Of a stretch of 46,481 nucleotides of DNA, positions 36,388 to 44,082 are shown in pieces. The stretch's first letter is position 1; each line of letters starts with the position of its first letter. Source of the stretch: an uncultured Candidatus Saccharibacteria bacterium. Lineage in GTDB: Bacteria > Patescibacteriota > Minisyncoccia > Portnoybacterales > GCA-002795985. The DNA lies in NCBI GenBank assembly GCA_964474765.1, contig CAYYTW010000001.1, forward strand, positions 1 to 46,481, read 5' to 3'. A program made the position numbers and the translations under genes. The notes under the pieces are model-generated. The model saw only the letters and a list, made by a program, of their open reading frames with translations, was not told the DNA's origin and ran no database searches.

Positions 36388-36738
36388 ATGGAGGACTGTA
36401 TTTTTTGCAAAATCGCCAATAAACGGATTCCGGCTGAAATCGTTTGCGAAGACGAGCAGATTTTGGCGTTTAACGATGTTCATCCCATCGCGCCCGTTCA
36501 TGTTTTAATCATTCCCAAAGAGCATATTCCGACCATTGATGATTTGAAAGACGAACATCAAGATTTAGTCGGCAAGATGATTTTGGCCGCCCGAAATATT
36601 GCTCGCGACTTGAATATTAGCGAGGATGGTTATAAACTATTGTTTCGGGTGAAGCATTACGGCGGGCAGGAAGTTGATCATCTTCACTTGCATTTGATAG
36701 GTGGCGCGCCGCTGGCGGAGATTATTAAGCCAATATAA
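36388..36738 (+). CDS. HIT (histidine triad) family protein
   Basis: CIFCKI N-terminus and the histidine triad HLHLHLI near the C-terminus. Confidence 0.88.
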   Translation: MEDCIFCKIANKRIPAEIVCEDEQILAFNDVHPIAPVHVLIIPKEHIPTIDDLKDEHQDLVGKMILAARNIARDLNISEDGYKLLFRVKHYGGQEVDHLHLHLIGGAPLAEIIKPI

Positions 36739-36839
36739 ATTACTTAGATTCGAAATCCGAATTTCGAAATACGAAACAAATTCAAATATCTAATGTTCAA
36801 ATTCCTGAAACGGTTTCGGTCATTCTGATTTTGAACATT

Positions 36840-36969
36840 GAGATGGTTACAAAACTATCTAATCTGTCATCCCGAATTCATTTCGGGATCTAAGTTTAGT
36901 GATTATTAGAACGAAGTAGATTCTGAAACAAGTTCAGAATGACAATACGACGAGTTTTGTAACCATCTC
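36840..36969. mobile_element. 130-bp MITE copy B, nested inside a family A repeat
   Basis: 129/130 identical to 32528-32657 and flanked by att/att. Family A halves lie at 36745-36838 and 36971-37010. Confidence 0.8.
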
Positions 36970-37035
36970 ATTCTACATTGTTTCGGATTTCGGATTTCGT
37001 GCTTCTGATTTTTGCATAGAGAGGGGGTATGTTTT

Positions 37036-37302
37036 ATGTCTATCGAAGTTACAAAACGAGACAGAGAGCCAACCGGTAGTTTGCTGAGGCGCTTTGTGCG
37101 CCGTGTTCAACAAAGTCGCGTTTTGCTGGACGCGCGAACAAAGAGATTTTATTTAAAAGATAAAACTCGCCGGCAGACAAAAGAAAGCGCTTTGCGCCGC
37201 GAAGAATTGAAGAAGTTGCGGGAAAAATTATTTAAAGCCGGACAGGTTAACGAGGGAGAGTTAATTCCAAAAGAAAAAATTAGAAAACTTTTGAATAAAT
37301 AA
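37036..37302 (+). CDS. rpsU: 30S ribosomal protein S21
   Basis: Basic ~88-aa protein with S21-like pattern (SLLRRFVRRVQQSRVL...RFYLK...RRQ). ATG at 37036 with RBS gagggggt. Confidence 0.75.
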   Translation: MSIEVTKRDREPTGSLLRRFVRRVQQSRVLLDARTKRFYLKDKTRRQTKESALRREELKKLREKLFKAGQVNEGELIPKEKIRKLLNK

Positions 37303-37516
37303 TGCGGAAACAAACAACATCGCCAGTTATTGATGGGGTTATTGAGGGGCGGAAAATTGTCGAGACTATTCCGCAGAAAGGCAAGAAGCAGGTTCTCCAA
37401 AAAATACTTGAGATTCTAAGAGAAGGAGGTTTGATTAAATAATTAATCGGATTTCAGAAATATGTCGTTATTTACGATAGCGTAAATAGCAACAAGTTGG
37501 GAGACGCGATTTATTT

Positions 37517-38026
37517 ATGGATGGTTTAAAACCAACAATCCAAAACGATTTAAAGACGGCGATGAAGAATAAAGACGCGTTTTTGCTTAGTGTCTTGCGA
37601 ATGGTTTCCGCCGCCATAAAAAACAAAGAGCTTGAGAAAAGAACTAGATTATCCAAAAGCGAATCAGTGGAAAAACTGGATGAATTGTCGCAACTGACCG
37701 AAGAAGAAATTCTTGGCGTTGTCGCATCCGAGGCTAAAAAACGCAAAGACGCGGCTTTGGAATTTGAATCCGGCGGTCGGCCGGAGCTGGCGGAAAAAGA
37801 ATTAAAAGAGGCCGAATTTTTGAAGAAATATCTGCCGGAACAGATGTTAGAAGACGAAATTCGCAAGTTGGTTATTGAAGCTGTCCAAAAAGTTGGCGCT
37901 ACCAGCCCCCAAGAAATGGGTAAAGTTATGGGCGCGCTAATGCCGCAAGTCAAAGGAAGGGCAGATGGTGGCTCGGTGAATAGGATTGTTAAGGAGGAGT
38001 TGGAGAAGCGGGGGACCGATCTTTAA
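37517..38026 (+). CDS. yqeY: GatB/YqeY domain-containing protein
   Basis: IQNDLKTAMKNKDAFLLSVLRMVSAAIKNKELE and a C-terminal G(K)VMGALMPQVKGRADG, typical of YqeY. Confidence 0.85.
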   Translation: MDGLKPTIQNDLKTAMKNKDAFLLSVLRMVSAAIKNKELEKRTRLSKSESVEKLDELSQLTEEEILGVVASEAKKRKDAALEFESGGRPELAEKELKEAEFLKKYLPEQMLEDEIRKLVIEAVQKVGATSPQEMGKVMGALMPQVKGRADGGSVNRIVKEELEKRGTDL

Positions 38027-38157
38027 ATCCCAATTACCAATCCCGAATTCCGAAAAAATTCGCAATAATCAATCGGCGAGATAATCTATGTATGAATTGG
38101 AACTTGAATATTTTTTCTGAATTCTGGTTTGGGCATTGGTGATTGGCGGCAGTTTTT

Positions 38158-38577
38158 ATGATTGAAATAAGAAATCTCACTCGAAGTATAATCGACCAAT
38201 GTTTTTTTCAAAAAGTCGGCAAGATTGTCTTGAAAAAATTGGGGCAGTCGGAAAATTTTGAAGTAAGCCTGGTTTTTGTGGGCGATGCGAGGATGCGGGC
38301 GCTGAATAAAAAATATCGGGGCATAGATAAAACGACCGATGTGCTGTCGTTTTTTTATGGCGGAGAGGGGCCGGGAGATATGTTGGGTGAGATTGTTATT
38401 TCAATTCCGCAAGCGAAAAAGCAAGCGAAAAAGCAGAGTTATCCACTAAAGCGCGAATTGCTTGCGCTTTTTGCGCATGGTATACTTCATTTATCGGGGT
38501 ATGAAGATGAGACGAAAAGGGGATACGAAAAGATGATGAGGAAACAGGAAGAACTTTTAGAATCTTTAAGTTTTTAA
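38158..38577 (+). CDS. ybeY: rRNA maturation RNase YbeY
   Basis: HGILHLSGYEDE (H-G-x-L-H-L-x-G-Y motif) and DVLSF upstream. An alternative TTG start lies at 38143. Confidence 0.87.
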   Translation: MIEIRNLTRSIIDQCFFQKVGKIVLKKLGQSENFEVSLVFVGDARMRALNKKYRGIDKTTDVLSFFYGGEGPGDMLGEIVISIPQAKKQAKKQSYPLKRELLALFAHGILHLSGYEDETKRGYEKMMRKQEELLESLSF

Positions 38578-38728
38578 ATCCGAAATCCGAAGCACGAAAT
38601 CCGAAACTCTCTTACGCCAAGGCTTCAGAGGGCAAGCAATACTAATTAAGTTAGAATTTGCCTGCCCACCGAAGCTCGTTAGGGCGAATGTTGGGTTTCG
38701 TATTCCGGATTTTGATATTCGAATTTTC
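38578..38728. repeat. family A palindromic repeat, intergenic copy (ybeY-ftsA)
   Basis: Left end aaatccgaaatccgaagcacgaaatccgaaac. Right end gtttcgtattccggattttgatattcgaatttt, inverted. Confidence 0.7.
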
Positions 38729-38730
38729 TC

Positions 38731-39966
38731 GTGGCACGAGATAATATCATCTGTGGCCTGGATATAGGCAGCAGCAATATAAGGGCGGTGGTGGCGCAGT
38801 TGAGGGCTGGTTATGAAAAACCTCAAATTTTGGGCGTTAGCAGCGCGCCTTCTTTTGGGGTAAGAAAGGGGGTTATTGTTGACATTAGCGAAGTGGCAAA
38901 CGGAATCAGGACAGTCCTTGAAGAAGCGGAACGAACTTCCGATGCTTTTGTCCGGCAGGTGGTTGTGAATATCGGCGGCAGTCACATCAACTGTCGCTCT
39001 TCGAGGGGGGTGGTGGCTGTTTCGCGGGCTGACGGGGAGATTTCCGGCGAAGATGTCAGCCGGGCGATAAAGGCTGCCCAAACCGTTTCTATCCCGCAAA
39101 ACAGAGAGTTGCTTCACGCATTGCCCCGCCTTTTTACTGTTGATGAAGAAAGGGGCGTTGAAAATCCTGTTGGAATGAGCGGAGTCAGGCTGGAGGCAGA
39201 TGTTTTATTAGTTGAGGGCGCGGCTCCTTTTATCAAGAATTTGACCAAATGTCTTCAGGAGGCCGAAATTGAGGCGGAAGATGTTGTTTTGTCGGCCCTG
39301 GCTGCTTCAAAGGCGGTTTTATCGAAAAGGCAAAAAGAATTGGGGGTTTTGCTTTTGGATTTGGGAGGTGGAACTTCCGGCTTGACGGTTTTTGAAGAAT
39401 GCGAGGTTTTGCACGCCTGCGTTTTACCAATCGGCGGTTCACACATCACCAATGATATCGCGATAGGATTAAGAACGTCAGTCGAGGTTGCGGAGAGAAT
39501 TAAACTTGAGTATGGTTCGGCGCAGCCCGAAGAAATCAATAAAAAAGACATTATAGATTTGACAAAATTGGGAGAAGAAGAAGGGGTGGTTCCAAGAAGG
39601 CAGATCGCGGATATTATCAATGCTCGTCTTATGGAAATTTTCGATCTCGTTAGCAAGGAGCTTCAAAAAATTGGTCGGGATGGCCTTTTGCCCGCTGGTT
39701 TGGTTTTGGTTGGTGGCGGCGCCAAAATGCCGGGCCTTGTTGATTTGGCTAAAGAAGAATTGAAATTGCCGGCGCAGATCGGTTTTCCGGCGGGGGTTGA
39801 CGGCGTGATTAACCAGACTGATGATCCTGCGTTTGCCACAGCTGTCGGTTTGGTTTTATGGGGCGCGGAGGAACGGCAGTCGGAAAGCAACGGGAAAAGA
39901 ATTTCTCTGCCAGCCAGCGGATTTTTATCTTCCGCCAAAAAATGGTTGAAGGGTTTTATCCCATAG
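38731..39966 (+). CDS. ftsA: cell division protein FtsA
   Basis: Actin-fold N-terminus ICGLDIGSSNIRAVV, LDLGGGTSGLTVF and VLVGGGAKMPG phosphate-binding motifs. GTG start. Confidence 0.9.
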   Translation: MARDNIICGLDIGSSNIRAVVAQLRAGYEKPQILGVSSAPSFGVRKGVIVDISEVANGIRTVLEEAERTSDAFVRQVVVNIGGSHINCRSSRGVVAVSRADGEISGEDVSRAIKAAQTVSIPQNRELLHALPRLFTVDEERGVENPVGMSGVRLEADVLLVEGAAPFIKNLTKCLQEAEIEAEDVVLSALAASKAVLSKRQKELGVLLLDLGGGTSGLTVFEECEVLHACVLPIGGSHITNDIAIGLRTSVEVAERIKLEYGSAQPEEINKKDIIDLTKLGEEEGVVPRRQIADIINARLMEIFDLVSKELQKIGRDGLLPAGLVLVGGGAKMPGLVDLAKEELKLPAQIGFPAGVDGVINQTDDPAFATAVGLVLWGAEERQSESNGKRISLPASGFLSSAKKWLKGFIP

Positions 39967-40043
39967 AACACAATAAATCTTTCTTGAGCTACTTCGCTTC
40001 CATCAAAAAATCTTCGTAATCAAACTCTAAGCCACGGTATTAT

Positions 40044-40268
40044 ATGAAATTTAGACAAACATTATTCTGGGACACAAACCCTAAGAATATAGACGTTAAA
40101 AGAAATGCTCAATATATCATTGAACGAATTTTGGAGTTTGGGGATATAAACGAAGTAAGTTGGATGTTAAGGCATTACCCGAAAAGCGTTATTAAAAAAG
40201 TAATGCACCTTCCACGAGTTCAATTAAACGATAAATCAAAAGCATTATGGTCCCTGTTGATCAAGTAA
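40044..40268 (+). CDS. small protein upstream of AbiEii toxin (putative cognate antitoxin-like partner)
   Basis: 74-aa ORF overlapping the next gene by 22 nt. The LFWDTNPKNIDVKRNAQYIIERILEFGD pattern resembles small partners and C-terminal parts of AbiEi-type proteins as I recall them. Confidence 0.5.
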   Translation: MKFRQTLFWDTNPKNIDVKRNAQYIIERILEFGDINEVSWMLRHYPKSVIKKVMHLPRVQLNDKSKALWSLLIK

Positions 40269-40927
40269 AACAAGGTTTTGACACTCTTTTTTTTGATGCT
40301 TTGCCGAAAGCTGTTGTTCTGGCGTTAAAAAAATGTTCAGAAATGGATTTTTTTTCACAAGGTAATTGGTATTTGGCCGGGGGCACCGCGCTCGCTTTGC
40401 AGTCAGGGCATCGCAGGTCTTACGACCTGGATTTTTTTACAAAAAATAAAATTTTTGACGAAAAAAAAGTTGAAAAAATTTTGAATGACGGAGGAGAATG
40501 GATTACTAATGCTATAAGCAAGGGAACAGTTTACGGCATATTTTCCGAAACAAAAATGAGTTTTATATCTTACCCATACTTCAAACCGGCCGAGAAAATG
40601 CGTAACTTTGGAACAGTTTCTTTGCTAACGCCCCCCGATATTGCGGTAATGAAAATTATCGCTATTTCTCAAAGAGGTAAAAAGCGAGACTTTTTTGATT
40701 TATATTGGATTTGTCGAAATGTAGAATCGTTGCGTAATAGTATCTTGAAGGTAGACAAACAATATTCTGTGCGTCAAAATCTTATCCATATTTTGAAAAG
40801 TTTGGTGTATTTCAAAGACGCGGAAAGCGACCCGGAGCCGGAAATATATTTTGACGCCAACTGGAAAAAAGTAAAAAGTTTTTTCACGAAAGAAATTCCA
40901 ATAATTGCGGAGAAAATAATCAAATGA
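40247..40927 (+). CDS. nucleotidyltransferase AbiEii/AbiGii toxin family protein
   Basis: GGTALALQSGHRRSYDLDFF matches the nucleotidyltransferase motif of AbiEii-like (DUF1814) type IV toxins. 226 aa. Confidence 0.78.
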   Translation: MVPVDQVKQGFDTLFFDALPKAVVLALKKCSEMDFFSQGNWYLAGGTALALQSGHRRSYDLDFFTKNKIFDEKKVEKILNDGGEWITNAISKGTVYGIFSETKMSFISYPYFKPAEKMRNFGTVSLLTPPDIAVMKIIAISQRGKKRDFFDLYWICRNVESLRNSILKVDKQYSVRQNLIHILKSLVYFKDAESDPEPEIYFDANWKKVKSFFTKEIPIIAEKIIK

Positions 40928-41132
40928 ATTTTCAAGGTAGAAACCAATAGCTGATTGGAGTTATCCACAATTTTCCCATAGACCATTTTGATAAAAATTG
41001 ATAAAATAAGAGTAGAAAAGAACTCATAACGACATCGACGGCAAGACTTAGAGATAGTAACGTTTTATTCGCGCCGAGAGCGAAATAAACTTACTATGAG
41101 TTCATTAAGAATATGGAAGAATATGGAAGAAT

Positions 41133-41522
41133 ATGGAACTCAATGAGAAAAATTTAAAATCTGTTTTAAGGCCTATTTTAACAGATCAGCGCGAGGAATG
41201 TCAGCGTTATCTGGGGGCCCTAAAGGAAGATTTTGATTCAAAACTCGAAATTATTGGCGAGCAATATTTTGATATTAAAAAAATCCTTGATTCTCACACA
41301 AAGATCCTTGATTCTCACACAAAGACCCTTGATTCTCACACAAAGACCCTTGAATCGCATACGGAAATGATAGTTTCTATTAAAGAAGACGCGGAAATCA
41401 TCAAACTTGACATCGAATTTATTAAAAATGAACTTAGAAAGAAAGTTGATTGGGATGAATTCGCCGCTTTAGAAAAACGAGTGGCGCTAATTGAATCAAG
41501 ACTTAAGGGCGCGATCGCTTAA
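41133..41522 (+). CDS. hypothetical coiled-coil protein with heptad tandem repeats
   Basis: 129 aa, helical and charged, with four consecutive (I/T)L(D/E)SHT(K/E) heptads. Confidence 0.6.
   Translation: MELNEKNLKSVLRPILTDQREECQRYLGALKEDFDSKLEIIGEQYFDIKKILDSHTKILDSHTKTLDSHTKTLESHTEMIVSIKEDAEIIKLDIEFIKNELRKKVDWDEFAALEKRVALIESRLKGAIA
41283..41366 (+). repeat. 4 x 21-bp tandem repeat within a CDS
   Basis: Units start at 41283, 41304, 41325 and 41346. The first two are identical (atccttgattctcacacaaag). Confidence 0.9.
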
Positions 41523-41628
41523 ATAATTAGAAGAACCCGCTCGCTCTGTTTGCGGAACCTTGTTTCCTCGTTTTGCTCGGAAATCAGTAGGATAATAAAA
41601 TAATGATAACAATGACGATTATGCATAT

Positions 41629-41649
41629 CGAGAGAGAGAGAGAGAGAGT
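41629..41649. repeat. (GA)10 dinucleotide microsatellite
   Basis: gagagagagagagagagagag read directly. Confidence 0.95.
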
Positions 41650-41825
41650 AAGCGGGGCTCGCCGCGGTTTTGTTTCAGCAGACGATTTTTTTAATAACGC
41701 TAACGCTGTCTTTGTGGCGGCGTTTTTTTATTGCTTCCAAGCTTAATGCCCCGAGCGCCCGTCCTCCGCAGTCTGCCGGCTGGCGGACGGAGGATGGATA
41801 AGCTCGGGGAGATTCATACTTTGAA

Positions 41826-41967
41826 AGACTTAGGACTTACGCGCTTGTCATCCTGAATTTATTTCAGGATCTAAAAAGGCTTTATATGAGACAAACGGTT
41901 TTATTATGAGATTCCGAAACAAGTTCGGAATGACAAATTTGGAGTCAAACGCGTAAGTCCTAAGACT
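41826..41967. repeat. MITE-like palindromic element related to the 130-bp MITE core
   Basis: TIR cttaggacttacgcg (41829-41843) pairs with cgcgtaagtcctaag (41950-41964). The internal gtcatcctgaatttatttcaggatc ... gattccgaaacaagttcggaatgac core is shared with 32528 and 36840. Confidence 0.7.
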
Positions 41968-41984
41968 AATAACTAAAAAATAAG

Positions 41985-44009
41985 TTGATTAACAAACATA
42001 TGCGAAAAAATATTTACTCCGGCAAATCAAGAAGTTTTGATATTAGAACGAAAAGGTCGAGACATACGGGATTCCGTTTTCATTTTGGCAGTTTGTTTAA
42101 AGGCGGGCTGACAGTTTTGATTTCCGTCTTGATTATTTTCGCTCTTGTTCAAGCCGGCACCATCACGCCGCCAAGCGGATCGCCAAGCGCAAAATTTTAT
42201 ACTCTTTCGGAAATCTACACTCGGCTTACCACTAACGCCACTACCACTGAAGGGGGGCACTCTTTTGCTTTTAGCGATTCTCTGGCTGGCACGGGCCGCA
42301 CTTTAACCGAGATTTATGGCGCTATTCCGACCATTGACGCGACAAAAGTGCTTTCCGGCACAAGTTATCTTGGCATAGCCGGAAGTATGGCCAATAATGG
42401 CGCATTTGCTTTAACTGCCAGTTCGTCTGATCAATCAGTTACGGCTGGCTATTATAGCGGCGGCACTCTGGCTGGGGACGCGGATTTGGTGGCGGTAAAT
42501 ATTTCAAACGGTGTTAATATATTTGGCGTCATCGGCAATCTGATTGCGGGTTATCTTTACGGCGACAGCGACGCTTCAAAAGTATTGACTTCTGCGACAG
42601 GCAATGATGGAGCTAACTCTTATTTAGCTACAAACTTAAACAATAATACAGTTAAAAAAGGTATCAGTTATGGAGTAGGCCCAACCACCGGCGCTTATTC
42701 CGGCTATCCGGGCACTGGATGGTCTGGCACTGCCATAAATCAAGCCGCCTGCGACGCCCAAAACCCGACTTGGTACTGGTTTGAAGACGGCAACGGCGAT
42801 GGCGACACAACTGACCCAGAAGATGGTGTTTGCGTCCGAGCTTCTACTGTTACTTCTCTTTCTTGGAACGGTGCGGAGCAGATTGCCCCGACTCCGATCG
42901 CCGCCCAAGCCGCGACAGCTGGTACAGCAAATTCAATCACTAAAGCCAGCGCCGGCTGGACGGCTAATGCCTATACTGATGCTGTTGTTAAAATTACTTC
43001 GGGTACTGCATCGGGTTGCTGGGGTGTTGTTAAGTCAAACATCACCGACACCATTACTGTCTACGGCTCATGGCTTACTTCCAGCCCTGCTACAAGCAGC
43101 TACGCCTCAAATTGTGGCACGCCTGACGAAACTTCGGTTTTCTCTGTTGAAGATGACGGTTTCGCTATTTACGACAATTCTTGGATCGGCGATTGGACTT
43201 GTGACGGAACGGCTTTTCCAAACGGCGCGCCTTCTTGGGTTTCCTATCCGACTTCGGCCAAGGCCGGTTCCGGCAATATCGCGTTGGCCATAGCAGATTG
43301 CTATGATGGTACAAGAGATTTGCTTCCCACCGAAGCGAGCCGCGCGGTTAAAACTGGCACAGCCACTGCAACTTCAACTACATCCATCACCGACTCTTCT
43401 CTTTCTTTAAATACCAACGCATGGGTTGGGCAAAAAGTGCTTATTACCGGCGGCACTGGTTCGGGCGGTTATGGCCGAATTGAGAGCAATACGGGAACAG
43501 TAATTACGGTGGATAGCTGGACAGGCGGGGATCCAGATGTCGGATCCACATTTGCTATCATCTATCTTATTCCGCACGCAGCTTATAACCCAGCAACAGA
43601 TATTCTTAGCCTTAACGCAGTTGGAAGTGCTGTAACAGCTGATAATGACCCTCTAAACGGCAACCTCGGGCCACTGACACAAGAAGTTTTAAAAAATTGG
43701 AAGGGCACAAAGTTGCCTACAGCCAGTGATTTTTTCGGTTTTTGCGGCACCGAGGGAGACGGCACCCCCAGTTTAGCTTATCGCACTTCCGGCAACGCTT
43801 ATACCACTGACAAAACTTACGGCGATTATGGCGGACAAGTAGGAAGATCAGACGAATTTTTGGATTTAGCTAACAGCGGAAACTGGGAATGGCTTTCAGA
43901 GCAGCACCACTACTACAGTGCGCGGATAGCCGGCAATTACGCCTGCTCGTACTTCCATGGTAGTAGTGTCTACGGTGGCTACAGATTCCGTGCCGTCTTC
44001 CGCCCGTAG
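41985..44009 (+). CDS. DGR target (variable) protein: N-terminal membrane anchor, Thr/Gly/Ser-rich ectodomain, C-terminal C-type-lectin/FGE-like VR domain
   Basis: TM helix GLTVLISVLIIFALVQAG. The C-terminus GNWEWLSEQ...YRFRAVFRP matches the WEW...(G/Y)FR pattern of CLec-fold DGR variable regions. The last 118 nt match the TR. An alternative ATG start lies at 41999. Confidence 0.85.
   Translation: MINKHMRKNIYSGKSRSFDIRTKRSRHTGFRFHFGSLFKGGLTVLISVLIIFALVQAGTITPPSGSPSAKFYTLSEIYTRLTTNATTTEGGHSFAFSDSLAGTGRTLTEIYGAIPTIDATKVLSGTSYLGIAGSMANNGAFALTASSSDQSVTAGYYSGGTLAGDADLVAVNISNGVNIFGVIGNLIAGYLYGDSDASKVLTSATGNDGANSYLATNLNNNTVKKGISYGVGPTTGAYSGYPGTGWSGTAINQAACDAQNPTWYWFEDGNGDGDTTDPEDGVCVRASTVTSLSWNGAEQIAPTPIAAQAATAGTANSITKASAGWTANAYTDAVVKITSGTASGCWGVVKSNITDTITVYGSWLTSSPATSSYASNCGTPDETSVFSVEDDGFAIYDNSWIGDWTCDGTAFPNGAPSWVSYPTSAKAGSGNIALAIADCYDGTRDLLPTEASRAVKTGTATATSTTSITDSSLSLNTNAWVGQKVLITGGTGSGGYGRIESNTGTVITVDSWTGGDPDVGSTFAIIYLIPHAAYNPATDILSLNAVGSAVTADNDPLNGNLGPLTQEVLKNWKGTKLPTASDFFGFCGTEGDGTPSLAYRTSGNAYTTDKTYGDYGGQVGRSDEFLDLANSGNWEWLSEQHHYYSARIAGNYACSYFHGSSVYGGYRFRAVFRP
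43888..44005 (+). repeat. DGR variable repeat (VR)
   Basis: 118 nt aligned without gaps to 45030-45147. There are 15 mismatches, all where the TR has adenine. Confidence 0.9.
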
Positions 44010-44082
44010 TGATTTCCCATCTTGATAATTTGGTAATTTGATGATTTCGCTGATTTTGAAAAAAAGATTACACTGATAATAT

